A DNA stretch of 64,000 bases from Desulfatiglandales bacterium (lineage in GTDB: Bacteria > Desulfobacterota > DSM-4660 > Desulfatiglandales > Desulfatiglandaceae): contig OY759599.1 of assembly GCA_963662465.1 (NCBI GenBank), forward strand, positions 5,664,001 to 5,728,000. The letters are read 5' to 3'. A program made the translations under genes and the position numbers. Shown here one piece after another: positions 28,090 to 39,000 of this stretch (position 1 is the stretch's first letter; each line of letters opens with the position of its first letter). The notes under the pieces were generated by a model. It was not told where the DNA came from and searched no databases. It was given only the letters and a program-made list of their open reading frames with translations.

Positions 28090-29178
28090 TCAAACCAACT
28101 TCAGCAGCTGATTATTCCATTCTTCCAGAAATTCCTCCGGGTATTCACTCAATTCACCATTCTTATCAACCTGAATATTGATAATATCAGTATACTGTTC
28201 ATCCTTTGTCGTGACTTTATGAAACCACGGACATTGAACATCGACACAGGATATATGCTTCTCTTTTACTGCCACTCGAATACCATTGATAATGTGGTCG
28301 CTGTGGGTTTCCACAAGAAGCTGTGCGCCTGATGCGGCAACAAGAGCCATCAACTTGCCCAGTTTAGCCTGACCACGGGGGTGAATATGCGCTTCCGGAT
28401 TTTCAATAATAACGATTTGATCTCTTTCTGCTATGAGCAACGCAACAATAACAGAGAGGACATATGAAATTCCGAATCCAACATTTGTTGGTTTAAATGC
28501 TTGTGTTCTGCCTTTTTGAAGCTCAAACTCGTAGTTCAATAATATTTTATCAGCACCGGGCACTTCTGTGACATTGATTTTTATTCCGGGAGAGATTTCT
28601 CCAAGCCAGGCATTAACCTGATTTGCAAGAAAGGGTGATGACATTGCCGGGTGAAAACGTTTGGGATCTACTTTCAGTCGATTCCCATTCACCGAAAGAA
28701 AATGCGAGCTATATTGCCCGTATGAACCAAGAATCCGGTCTTTCACAAAATTTTGAGACATATCATACATTATTGAGGGTCCAAGACGGTCAGCTGAGAT
28801 ATATTGAAGATTATTGATATAGCTATCAATATTTTCTTCTGTGGCATTTCCTTTCACTCGATTTAACGCGTTGCTTTCAGAAGCCCATTCAAACTCGTAC
28901 TCTGCACATTTACTTTTATCCCATTCAAGATAAAAATGAATAACCTCATCCTTGGCAAATTGGTACAAGGCATCGTATCCTTTTCCAATATCAACTAAAT
29001 CCCCCTTGAGTTCCAATTTACATGTGCTACTAAGGTAGCTCTGCCTAAGCAATAACAGAACTTGGATTAACGAACTTTTGCCCATTCCATTAAGGCCGGC
29101 AAGGATATTCAATCGTTTTAAAGGCATATCAATATCTTTAAGCGACTTGAAATTTTTCACACTGATTTTATTGATCAT
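28090..29178 (-). CDS. ABC/AAA_21 ATPase with DUF3696 C-terminus (NsnB-like)
   Basis: NFKS, AGLNGMGKSS, YISADRLGP, NVGFGISYVL, IIENPEAHIHPRGQ, VETHSDHIING, PEEFLEEW. Confidence 0.88.
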   Translation of the reverse strand: MINKISVKNFKSLKDIDMPLKRLNILAGLNGMGKSSLIQVLLLLRQSYLSSTCKLELKGDLVDIGKGYDALYQFAKDEVIHFYLEWDKSKCAEYEFEWASESNALNRVKGNATEENIDSYINNLQYISADRLGPSIMYDMSQNFVKDRILGSYGQYSSHFLSVNGNRLKVDPKRFHPAMSSPFLANQVNAWLGEISPGIKINVTEVPGADKILLNYEFELQKGRTQAFKPTNVGFGISYVLSVIVALLIAERDQIVIIENPEAHIHPRGQAKLGKLMALVAASGAQLLVETHSDHIINGIRVAVKEKHISCVDVQCPWFHKVTTKDEQYTDIINIQVDKNGELSEYPEEFLEEWNNQLLKLV

Positions 29179-30304
29179 TGAGAATCCCTTTTACTAATTT
29201 TTCAATTTCTGAAAAACGCTTGATGACTCGAGTCTTGTCACCTGTTGCTTGTGAAATTGCTGAGATAAAGGCATCGTCTGTTCGGCACAAATTTGCAAAT
29301 TTTTCTAAAACCAAGGCGCCGTTTTTTATCAGCGTACTTCTCTCCTCGTCAGATCGATTTGCTAAAGCAACCGCCCAAATTTCAAAGATCGATTTATTAA
29401 TTGGCTTTCTTCTTTCCGGATACTGATCTGCTTTTCGGAAGGCCCAGTTTCCAAAAATCTTTTTCGAGGTCCGCATTGATTCTCGGAATGACCCCTTAAT
29501 AGAGATAAGCTCTTTTTCGTTTTTTTGTTCAATTTTATCCATTGAATCATTCATGAATGATTCAAGGTCGGGGGAATAATCCACTGGAGGAGTAATATAG
29601 AATGCCACAAAACGGTTAATAAATTCCCTGTCGAGCATTCTTTTGGGATTTATTTTATTTTCGGTGGCGACTTTGAATTCATTTAGGTTAGCTAGTTCAT
29701 GTATGAATCTTGACGAAACCCCCTGGTAAAGAGCGTGTCTGATTTCTTGTTGTTCTAAAACTAAACCACCCGTATTAATACGTCGGAAGATATTATATTT
29801 CACTTTCTTTGGTGTTCCAGGGTTGATTATATAAGCCGTTACCTGAGTTTGGTCGATAATTCTTTTAAGCGGTCTTTCAAGGTCGGTATATTTTTTTCTC
29901 TCAAGGTCTTTTAAAAATTCAAGTCCTGTTAAACGAAGTTTTTTATCTACTATGAAATTCTGTATACAACTTAGTCGTTGCAAGCCGTCAACGACTAACC
30001 ATTTGTTGGTATCCTCAGCATCAAAATAAAATGCCGGCAACGGGAACTTAACCAAAATTGATTCAATTAACCGGCTCTGTTGAACTGGCGACCATAAATT
30101 ACCACTCCGCTGAAAATCAGGATTCATATCAATCTCAGATGGAGACTCTTTCAGCATATCCACTAAGTTTGAAATTGTTGGAAATTCGCGTGTGATATTG
30201 ATTTCAGAAGGATTGAACGGCTCACGCATCAATTCAGACCCGGTATCTTCCTCTTCGACTGGAATTTCCCTATATAATTCAGGATTTTCAGTATTGTTTA
30301 TCAT
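29168..30304 (-). CDS. DUF262 (ParB/GmrSD-like) protein (NsnA-like)
   Basis: PDFQR, QSRLIESIL...PLPAFYF, VVDGLQRL, IFRRINTGG..L..QEIR. Confidence 0.9.
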   Translation of the reverse strand: MINNTENPELYREIPVEEEDTGSELMREPFNPSEINITREFPTISNLVDMLKESPSEIDMNPDFQRSGNLWSPVQQSRLIESILVKFPLPAFYFDAEDTNKWLVVDGLQRLSCIQNFIVDKKLRLTGLEFLKDLERKKYTDLERPLKRIIDQTQVTAYIINPGTPKKVKYNIFRRINTGGLVLEQQEIRHALYQGVSSRFIHELANLNEFKVATENKINPKRMLDREFINRFVAFYITPPVDYSPDLESFMNDSMDKIEQKNEKELISIKGSFRESMRTSKKIFGNWAFRKADQYPERRKPINKSIFEIWAVALANRSDEERSTLIKNGALVLEKFANLCRTDDAFISAISQATGDKTRVIKRFSEIEKLVKGILNDQ

Positions 30305-30313
30305 CAAATTTCA

Positions 30314-30952
30314 TTATTTAGGGGTAATCGCTCCCACGGGGCAGATATCCACGCAGGCCAGGCATTGTTCGCAGGAAACAGCGTCCGATTTTTGCGTGCC
30401 ATAAAAACGGATCACCGTTTTAAACCCCCGGTCGGCAAAATCCATCATGGGGACCCCATGGGTCTTACGGCAAACCTGGATGCATTTTCCGCACAGGACG
30501 CACCGGTTGGGGTGGTGGTTTAGAAAAGGATGATCATCCGTTGTTTCCAGATCTTTCAGGGAAATTTCCAAGCGTTTGGGCTTGAGACCCACCTTCAGGA
30601 ATCGGGCAATTTTCTGCAGCTCGCACTTTTTGTTGGCCGGGCAATGGCCGCAGTCCACATGGTGAACGGACAACAGCAGTTCCAGTGCTGTTCGCTGCAA
30701 TCGCCGCACAGCCGGGCCATCGGTTTTGACGACCATTCCCGCGGCCGCTTCCACCTGGCATGAGGGGACCGGTTGCTCGCGTCCCTCAATTTCCACGAAA
30801 CACAATCGGCAGGAAGCGGGTGGATGTTCCAGCATATCCATGTAACACAGGTTGGGAATATACACCTCATGGTCAAGGCAGGCCTTGAGTAGATTAGCGC
30901 CTTCCGCTACCTGGATTTCCCTGTTGTCCACAACGATTTTGATCATGTTCAT
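30314..30952 (-). CDS. Short NuoG/HydA-N-like Fe-S protein (2Fe-2S plus 4Fe-4S)
   Basis: IPNLC...ASCRLC.VE...SC; HHVDC..C.....CELQ; CVLCGKC...C; CEQCLACVDICP; no catalytic domain; likely start MNMIKI. Confidence 0.85.
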   Translation of the reverse strand: MNMIKIVVDNREIQVAEGANLLKACLDHEVYIPNLCYMDMLEHPPASCRLCFVEIEGREQPVPSCQVEAAAGMVVKTDGPAVRRLQRTALELLLSVHHVDCGHCPANKKCELQKIARFLKVGLKPKRLEISLKDLETTDDHPFLNHHPNRCVLCGKCIQVCRKTHGVPMMDFADRGFKTVIRFYGTQKSDAVSCEQCLACVDICPVGAITPK

Positions 30953-30974
30953 CCCGATATTGAATTTCCAATTT

Positions 30975-32903
30975 TCAATCCTGGGTCGGCCGCTCCACAA
31001 TGGGCGCCAGATGCGGTGGTGATACCCTCCTGACCGCATTATACTCCGGCGGACAGGCCGTCTGGCATTCACCGCATTTGACGCAGAGGGTCTGGTCCAC
31101 CCCTTTTTTGCGATTCCGGGTGGTAAAGATGGCTTCCACGGGACAGCAACCCACACAGGCATCGCACCCCCGTGCGCATTTATCCAGGTCAATATAAAAG
31201 GCCGTCAAAGCACGGCACATGCAGGCGGGACACCGTTTTTCCTTGATGTGGGCCTCATATTCGTCCCTGAAATATTTGAGAGATGTCAGCACCGGGTTGG
31301 GCGCCGTCTTCCCAAGGCCGCACAGGGACCCTGCCTTGATGTCTTTACTGAGCGCTTCCAGGGTTTCCAGATCGCCCTCACGTCCCTCCCCCTTGGTGAT
31401 GCGCACCAGAATTTCCAGCAGATGATGGGTGCCCACACGACAGAAGGTGCATTTGCCGCAGGATTCAGCCTGGGTAAAATCCAGGAAATACCTTGCCACA
31501 TCCACCATGCAGGTGTTTTCATCCATGACCACCATACCACCGGAACCCATCATGGCCCCGGCCTGGGTCAGGGAATCGAAATCGATGGGGGTGTCCAGAA
31601 ACGCCGCCGGCAGGCATCCCCCGGAAGGTCCGCCAATCTGCACCGCTTTAAACGCTTTTTTCTTGGGAACGCCGCCGCAGATATCAAAAATGAGGGTGCG
31701 CAGCGTCACACCCATGGGAATCTCCACCAGGCCGGCATGCAGCACATTGCCCACCACCGAAAAGATGGCGGTGCCCGGGCTCTTTTTCGTTCCGACTTCG
31801 CGATACCACTCAGCCCCGTGGGCCATCAGGAGAGGAACAGTGGCAAAGGTTTTCACATTGTTGATGACCGTGGGTTGCCCCCAAAGGCCTTTTTGCACCG
31901 GAAAGGGGGGACGGTAGGTGGGCATGCCGCGACTTCCCTGGATGGACTGAATGAGAGCCGTTTCCTCACCGCACACAAAGGCGCCTGACCCTTGAAAAAC
32001 CTCAACGGAAAGATCAAAGGCGCTCCCCAGAATATTTTTTCCCAGAAGCCCCAGATCCTCGGCCTGTTCGATGGCCCGGGTCACCATTTTGACGGCAATG
32101 GGATATTCCGCCCTCACATAAACCATGGCCTTTTGCGCCCCCACCGCATGGGCACAAATCATGATCCCTTCCAACACCTGGTGGGGATTGCTTTCCAGAA
32201 TGGTGCGGTCCATATAGGCCCCGGGATCTCCCTCGTCGGCATTGCAGATAACGGTTTTTTCCGATCCTTCCGATCTTGCCGCCAGTTCCCATTTAAGCCC
32301 CGTGGGAAAACCCGCCCCGCCGCGGCCCCGCAAACCAGCCGCCTTGATTTCCCCAATGATCGCTTCAGGGGATAATGCAAGGGTCTTGACCAGAGCGCCA
32401 TACCCCCCATGGGCCACGTAATCCTGAATCTCTTCGGGATCCACCCGCCCGCATTTTTCCATGACCCGCCGTGTTTCCATGCTGAACCGCGGAAAATCCC
32501 AAACCTGGGGGATCATATCGTTTTCCACCATGGCGCCCATGAGGTATTCAAAGAGGGGGTCCCCATTTTCGAGATAAGATTTCACCAGCATTCGGGCTTT
32601 TCCAGGAGTGACCCGGTGATACAGAATCGCGGGGAAACCGGGATTTTCAATGATCACCACCGGTTCCGCATAGCAGTGTCCGATGCAGCCCACGGGATGG
32701 ATGCGAGCCTCGATGTTCCGTTCCGCCAGGACCTCCAGGAAGGCGGCACGGGTCTCCAGGGCCCCTGAGGCAATGCCGCAGGTAGCCATGCCGATGTGAA
32801 TGACGGGGGTTGAAGCATCCTCCAGCGCTTCCCGATATTTCAGGGCTTTTTCGCGGATGGGGGCAAAGGCGTGTTCCGGATTCGCTCTATTGATGGGATC
32901 CAT
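30975..32903 (-). CDS. NuoF/HydB-like flavoprotein with N-terminal thioredoxin-like Fe-S and C-terminal ferredoxin domains
   Basis: GLRGRGGAGFPTG.KW, CNADEGDPGAYMDR, GAFVCGEETALI, GGPSGGC, ESCGKCTFCRVG, SLCGLG; likely start MDPINR. Confidence 0.92.
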   Translation of the reverse strand: MDPINRANPEHAFAPIREKALKYREALEDASTPVIHIGMATCGIASGALETRAAFLEVLAERNIEARIHPVGCIGHCYAEPVVIIENPGFPAILYHRVTPGKARMLVKSYLENGDPLFEYLMGAMVENDMIPQVWDFPRFSMETRRVMEKCGRVDPEEIQDYVAHGGYGALVKTLALSPEAIIGEIKAAGLRGRGGAGFPTGLKWELAARSEGSEKTVICNADEGDPGAYMDRTILESNPHQVLEGIMICAHAVGAQKAMVYVRAEYPIAVKMVTRAIEQAEDLGLLGKNILGSAFDLSVEVFQGSGAFVCGEETALIQSIQGSRGMPTYRPPFPVQKGLWGQPTVINNVKTFATVPLLMAHGAEWYREVGTKKSPGTAIFSVVGNVLHAGLVEIPMGVTLRTLIFDICGGVPKKKAFKAVQIGGPSGGCLPAAFLDTPIDFDSLTQAGAMMGSGGMVVMDENTCMVDVARYFLDFTQAESCGKCTFCRVGTHHLLEILVRITKGEGREGDLETLEALSKDIKAGSLCGLGKTAPNPVLTSLKYFRDEYEAHIKEKRCPACMCRALTAFYIDLDKCARGCDACVGCCPVEAIFTTRNRKKGVDQTLCVKCGECQTACPPEYNAVRRVSPPHLAPIVERPTQD

Positions 32904-33420
32904 TTGCCTGCTTTTCTCGCTCCTTTTTTTCCTTTTCGATTTGAAATCCCAGAATAAGCCCTTCCACCTTGCTGGGCGCCACATGGCCATAGGCCGTTTC
33001 ATCCACAATGACCACCGGCGCCAGAGCGCAGCACCCCACACAGGCCACCCGTTCAATGCTGAATTCCCGGTCCGGGGTGGTTTCCCCATGGCCGATGCCC
33101 AGTTTTCGCTCAAAGTTCTCGAGAATGATATCGCCGCCCCGCACGTGGCAGGCCGTGCCCAGGCACACCTTCATGTGATGTTTTCCCGGCGGGTGAAACC
33201 GGAACTGGTTGTAGAAAGTCGCCACCCCATATACTTCGCACACGGCCAGTTCCAGGGCATCGGCCACCATTTGAAGCGCCTCGGTCGACAGAAAGGCGTG
33301 CCGTTCCTGGATCATCTGAAGCATGGGGATCAGGTTTTTCCGGTCCTTTTCAAACCCTTGAAGCAAGACCGCGATATCCTCCAGCATGGCCGCTTCTTGA
33401 GCGCGAATATCGTCATCCAC
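32887..33420 (-). CDS. NuoE/HydC-like 2Fe-2S subunit
   Basis: VYGVATFY.QF, VCLGTACHVRG, VACVGCCALAP; GTG at 33420 after AGGAG. Confidence 0.92.
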   Translation of the reverse strand: MDDDIRAQEAAMLEDIAVLLQGFEKDRKNLIPMLQMIQERHAFLSTEALQMVADALELAVCEVYGVATFYNQFRFHPPGKHHMKVCLGTACHVRGGDIILENFERKLGIGHGETTPDREFSIERVACVGCCALAPVVIVDETAYGHVAPSKVEGLILGFQIEKEKKEREKQANGSHQ

Positions 33421-33445
33421 AAGGATCTCCTTGAATGGTTTGCAT

Positions 33446-33913
33446 TTAAATCTTTTCCATGGCGCCCAACGCCCCTCGGATTCGGTCCCGAAGCAGAAAA
33501 CAGAGACTTTCAAGAAGGCTGAATCCCAGGTCATGATTGTCGGTCATCATTTCTCTCAATTCCGCACCCTTGATGTACACCACCGTGGTGGATTTCCGGC
33601 AAACGGCCGAACTCATGAGATTGTGGGGCTGGCCCAGCAGCGTCGACCAACACCCCATGGCCCGCCCTTTTCCCAGAATGCCGATCACGGCGTTTCCCTT
33701 GCGTGTTCTCAGATCTATGGATCGTTCAAGGGACACATGGCCTTCGGCGATGACGTAAAGGTACTCTCCAAAATCCCCTTGAGAGAAAACATAGTCCCCA
33801 GGTTCATAATTTCGCACCCGGCAAAGGCCGACGATGCTATCAATGTAGGATTTTCCCAATTCCTTGAAAAACTCACAGCCCTCCAGAATTTGGGCAATTT
33901 CACTGCGATCCAT
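33446..33913 (-). CDS. Stand-alone cyclic-nucleotide-binding (Crp-type) domain protein
   Basis: FFKEL, YEPGDYVFSQGD...LYVIAEG.V; no HTH. Confidence 0.85.
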   Translation of the reverse strand: MDRSEIAQILEGCEFFKELGKSYIDSIVGLCRVRNYEPGDYVFSQGDFGEYLYVIAEGHVSLERSIDLRTRKGNAVIGILGKGRAMGCWSTLLGQPHNLMSSAVCRKSTTVVYIKGAELREMMTDNHDLGFSLLESLCFLLRDRIRGALGAMEKI

Positions 33914-33940
33914 AGGGTTATCTCCTTAATTTTCCGGTTC

Positions 33941-35809
33941 TCAGTAATCCACCGAAGGAAAAAGCCTGCTATCCGTGTGGGGCAGAAAAAGGGCAGCGAT
34001 ATACTCATCGGTAAAGGGCAGATGGGTAGACAACTCGATGTTGGTCATGGACCTTGAAATATTCATACAGGTTTCAAAAGCGCTTTCCGAGAGAAGACAG
34101 GCCCGAGCGCCCGTCAGCGAGCTGTTGCCGATGAATTTTATTTTTTCCAATGGAATATCGGGGAGAAGGCCGATGGCCACCGACTTTGGAATATTGAGAA
34201 AACTACCGAACCCCCCCGCCACATACAGGGTGTCGAGCATGTCAAATCCAAGCCCGATATAATCGATGAGGGATTTAATGGCCGCAAACACCGCACCCTT
34301 GCTCTTGATGAGGTTGTCGATATCCGACTCGGTAATGACCACGGCCGCGCCGGTTTCGGTTTCATGGGCATGAGCAATGATGTATTCGGGAATGCCGTCC
34401 TCAAAATCCAGCCGGGCGTCTTCCCGCTTCCGGTGAAATTTACCGTCCTGACCAATAATTTTATTTCTGACCAACTCATAAATGCAGTCGATGAGTCCGG
34501 AACCGCAGATCCCTCGAGGCTTTTTGCCGCCGATGACCTCGTAATGGAGTTCACCGTCTTTGATTTCCACCTTTTCAATGGCGCCGTCCGTGGCGCGCAT
34601 ACCGCAGCGGGTCCCCCCCCCTTCAAAGGCGGGACCCGCCGAAGCGGAGCAGCACACCAGCCAGTCTTTATTGCCGATGGCAATTTCACCGTTGGTGCCG
34701 ATGTCGATGAGGCACTTGACCTCTTCATACTCCGATATGCCGCTGGCCAGAACCCCCGCAACAATGTCGCCCCCCACATAGGAGGCCACGCAGGGCATGG
34801 TTTCCAGTATGCCCCGGGGGTTGATGCGAATGCCGATCTCAGAGGCCCGAATCTGGGGAAATTCATCGGCGGTGGGCACATAGGGGGCCAGCCGAATGGA
34901 ACAGGGGTTCAACCCCAGGAGCAGATGGCTCATGGTGGTATTGCCCGCCGCCACAATGACGTCAATCTCTTCACGGGAAATGTTGTTTTTTTCAACCAGT
35001 TTTGAGATCAGAGTGTTGATATTTTTAACCACGGCCTGTTGAACCGGGTCCAGGCCCCCTTTGCCGCAGGCAAATATCACTCGGGAAATCACATCTTCTC
35101 CAAAGCTGGCCTGTTTATTGTGACACCCTTCCACACTCAGCACCGCGCCGGTATTCAAGTCCAGCAACTGGGCTACCACCGTTGTGGTGCCCACATCCAC
35201 GGCCAGGCCGTAATGGGACTTTGCCGTGTCAAAAGGGTCAATTCGCAGGATGCGGTAATTCTCACCATGTTTAGCCACTGTCAACGTTACTTTCCAATCG
35301 TTTTCACGCAGTTTACTGGAAAGGGTCTGCAAACAATCCAGGGGAATATCAAAGGTATGCCATCCCATCTGTTTTCGCAGTTCCCTGGATATCCGTTCTA
35401 CATCGGGCACATTGTCTTCCACGGTGGGCGGTGAAAGCGCCATGAAAATCTTTTTGACCAGCGGGTTAAGTTCAATTTCCGCGGTTTGGCTTTCCCCCCC
35501 CGTCATGATTTTGCTCGCATCCACACGGGATTCCGGTGGAATGACGATCTCCAGATCATCATGGATCTCCGTCTGGCAGGCAAGGACATACCCTTTCATC
35601 AGTTCATCCTGTGAGAAAAAACCCTTTGCATGTTCCTCGGCATCGGCACGGCCTTTTGTCACTTGAACACGACATTTGCCGCAGACCCCTTCACCACCGC
35701 AAAGATTGGTAATAAACACATCGGCTTGCTGAGCCGCTTCCGCAATGGTTGCGCCGTCCGTCACTTCAACGGACTGATCCGCGGGCAAAAAGTGAATGGT
35801 ATAGGTCAT
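33941..35809 (-). CDS. ASKHA-domain reductive activator of corrinoid proteins (RACo/AcsV-like, DUF4445)
   Basis: N-terminal CGGEGVCGKC...LACQ 2Fe-2S; AVDVGTTT, GEDVISR, YVGGDI, IDIGTNGEI, SAGPAFEG, GICGSG, AGGFG. Confidence 0.93.
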   Translation of the reverse strand: MTYTIHFLPADQSVEVTDGATIAEAAQQADVFITNLCGGEGVCGKCRVQVTKGRADAEEHAKGFFSQDELMKGYVLACQTEIHDDLEIVIPPESRVDASKIMTGGESQTAEIELNPLVKKIFMALSPPTVEDNVPDVERISRELRKQMGWHTFDIPLDCLQTLSSKLRENDWKVTLTVAKHGENYRILRIDPFDTAKSHYGLAVDVGTTTVVAQLLDLNTGAVLSVEGCHNKQASFGEDVISRVIFACGKGGLDPVQQAVVKNINTLISKLVEKNNISREEIDVIVAAGNTTMSHLLLGLNPCSIRLAPYVPTADEFPQIRASEIGIRINPRGILETMPCVASYVGGDIVAGVLASGISEYEEVKCLIDIGTNGEIAIGNKDWLVCCSASAGPAFEGGGTRCGMRATDGAIEKVEIKDGELHYEVIGGKKPRGICGSGLIDCIYELVRNKIIGQDGKFHRKREDARLDFEDGIPEYIIAHAHETETGAAVVITESDIDNLIKSKGAVFAAIKSLIDYIGLGFDMLDTLYVAGGFGSFLNIPKSVAIGLLPDIPLEKIKFIGNSSLTGARACLLSESAFETCMNISRSMTNIELSTHLPFTDEYIAALFLPHTDSRLFPSVDY

Positions 35810-36001
35810 GGAGTTCTCCGGTATTGTAGGCAGTTAAGGATTATATTTTAAATAATGTGCCCCTTTATATACAACAAACAAACCTTGAATGTGAAGAAAA
35901 AACAGGTATTCATTCTTCCCCCATTCCCCGTGACCTGTTTTTCAGTTAAAACCGTTATCAAATCTCCAAGGCCTGAGACCGGCAAAATTTACCGGAACCG
36001 G

Positions 36002-36030
36002 TTGACAAGAAAATCAGGTCCACGTATGGT
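36002..36030 (+). promoter_or_regulatory. Putative sigma70 promoter
   Basis: TTGACA-N17-TATGGT upstream of the 36096 CDS. Confidence 0.55.
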
Positions 36031-36095
36031 TCTCAAAGCGGTAAGCCGTAATTTTGAGTTTTAGGGTTTGGGTTTCAAGTTTTTGAGGAGAAAAT

Positions 36096-39000
36096 ATGTC
36101 AATGTTTTGCTTTTCTTTCCATGGAAATCGACAAAAGACGAGAATTTTGTTCGTGCTTTTGATGCTTATGCTTTTTTTCCTGACTGGAAATCCGGCGGAG
36201 TGTGGTCCAGCCGAAGCCCCGAGCCATAAAAAAACGGTTTCGGACCCCGGAGATGCGGTTCCGGAACTTACGGTGGAGGCCTTGAAAGAACGGATTCGAA
36301 TTGCCAATCAAGCGCCAATGTCCCCTGAATCCAAACAACGGATTATTTCTTTTTACCAGAAGGCCATTGATTCGCTGAAGCGCCGTGAAAAAGCCCTTGA
36401 GGACATGTCTCAATATGCCCAGGCCCTGGAAGATCTGCCCCAACCGGCTGACCTGCCGAAAGGGAAAATAAAGCCGGTTCGAGCCGCCGCCGTGGAAGAG
36501 CGGGCCAAGGCCATGGCCCTGGGGGAGATCGAGGGAGAAATAGCCAACTTGCAGATTCAACTGGCCGAAGCACAAACCCAGCTTGAACTGAAACAGGCGA
36601 AGTTGCAAGACGTCCTCAAACAACCGAACCAATTACGACAGGGTATCGCGCAATATGAATATTCCCTGGCTGAACTGCAAGCGAAACTGGCCCGCCCCAA
36701 ACCCAACGATGAATCGCCGCGCCTCATCCGCGCCAGACGCACCAGCCTTCGGGCCCAGCAGGCGGCCCTGGAAGCCCAATTGAAAGCAGCGGACCGGGAA
36801 GTCGCTCTGGCCCAAAGGGAGTTGGTGGTTACCCAGAACCAGCAGGCCCTGATTTCCCGGAAAGTCAATCGCCTGGAAGCCCTGATCAAAACCTGGGAAT
36901 CCGTCCGGGAACGCCGACAGGGCGACCTGGCCTACATTGAATTCCGGCAGGCCCAGGAGTCTCTCAGGGAGATGGGAGCGAACGATTGGCCCAAGGAGGG
37001 CGATTTCCTGCGAAAAATGGGGGACGGGAATCTAGATCTATCCAAAACCCTTATTGACCTGGATACCCGGGAACAGGAGGCGGAAAAAACCGCCAAATTA
37101 CTGGAAATCCGCGCCAACCAGACCCAAAAGGACTTTGAACTGACCCAAAGGCGCATCACCATGATGGGCCTGACCCGCAGAGCGGGTCTGTGGCTTCAGT
37201 CCCGGCGGGAAACCCTCCGGAAAAGCCGGGCGGATACCAAGGTGGCGCTCCAGCGTCGAAATGAAATTCTTCGGGTCAATCTGGCCAACGACGAATTGAT
37301 TCAGGAACGTCAAGATTACCTGGTACTGAAAAACAACATTTACGAGCAGCTGGACAAGCTGGAATCCTCCCTGACGCCCAAACAAAATGAAGCGCTGAAC
37401 ATGCAGGCCTTTCTGCTACTGGAAAGCCGACGAAAACTGCTGGAAGAAACCGGTGGGTCCTACAACAATTATCTGAAGCAACTCAACGCTCAGGAGATCG
37501 CCCAGAAAAAAATTGACCATCTATCCGGGGAATACAGGGATTTTATCAACCAGCGCCTGTTGTGGACCCAGAGCGCCGATCTCATCTCCCTTTCCGATGT
37601 AAAAGGTTCCGAACCAGTACTCCGATGGATGATCGATCCCGCCAACTGGGGAAAATTTCTGGGAGATCTGGGCCTGTCCATGGGAAGCCAGCCGGCCGTA
37701 TGGGGCCTTCTGGCGCTGGGCCTTCTGGTACTCATGCTGTTCAGACCCCGGATCACGCGCAACATCATGGCTCATGAAGGAAAAGCATCAACGGACGGCA
37801 TGGCGGGAACCCTGGCCCTCATCTCCTTGAAGCTCATCAAAACCGCGGGCATTCCTTTTGTTCTATATCTGGCGGCGCTCCATCTGTGGACCCTTCCCAT
37901 GGGAAATTACTTCACCCGGTCCGTGTGTGCGGGGCTTGCCATAACCCTGGAAGCCTATATCTTTCTCAGGTTTCTGGTGCAGCTTTGCAAAGAGAACGGC
38001 ATGGGGCAAACGTATTTTTCATGGGACCGACCGGTTTGCGCCATGCTGGTCCGCTCGGCCAGGACCCTTCTGGTCCTTTCCCTCCCGGCGCTGTTTTTTG
38101 TGGTGATGATACAGAACGGTCCTCAGGCCCAGGGGTTCCGCGGTTCATTGGGGCGAATCCTGTTTCTCTTTTCAATGATTCCGGTACTCCTGGTTTTCTG
38201 GCGAGCCCTTCGCAAATCCGGCCCCCTGGCACAAACCATTCGCCGGGGACGTCCCGACGGGTGGCTTGCCAAATATCTTCCCCTCTGGTCCGCTATTATC
38301 CTTCTCTGTCCCGTGGCCCTTATGATTTTGCCCATCGTGGGGTATTATTTCACCGCCTTTGAACTGGGATCGAGTCTCGCTGAAACAGGTTGGCTGATAC
38401 TGGTTCTGGTGATCGCGGATGCGCTTATGCGGCGGGGATTGCGGTTGGCCCAGATAAAGCTTGCCCTGAAAAAAGCCGAAATTGCACGGGAAGAAGCCGC
38501 CAGAAAAGCCCTGGAATCGGGGGATGATCCGGAAGAAAGCATTCAAGCAAAACCCATGGCCTCGGCATCAACCCTGGAGATGGAAGAAATCAACGAGCAG
38601 ACATCCCTGCTCATCCGTTCAGTGGTCATAGTGGCCGGTCTGGTGGGGGCCTGGCTCATCTGGGAGGATGTATTCCCCGCCTTCCGTTTTTTGGAAAACG
38701 TGCTACTCTGGAGCCGCGAGGTGGGTGTTGACAAAGCCGGAACCCCCATTATGGAATCCATTACCCTGCTCAACCTCATCACGGCCCTTCTTATTTTTAC
38801 CGGTACTTATATCGCCGTCAAGACGGGCACGGCCCTTCTGGAAATTCTCATGGCCAGGAGTTCCAACATTGATGCCGGCAGCCAACAATCCTTCGGCCTC
38901 ATTGGACAGTATGCCATTTTCATGGTGGGTCTGTTTGCGGGACTAAACGCCTTGGGCATCGGCTGGAAACAGTTTCAGTGGCTGGCCGCGGCCATGACCG

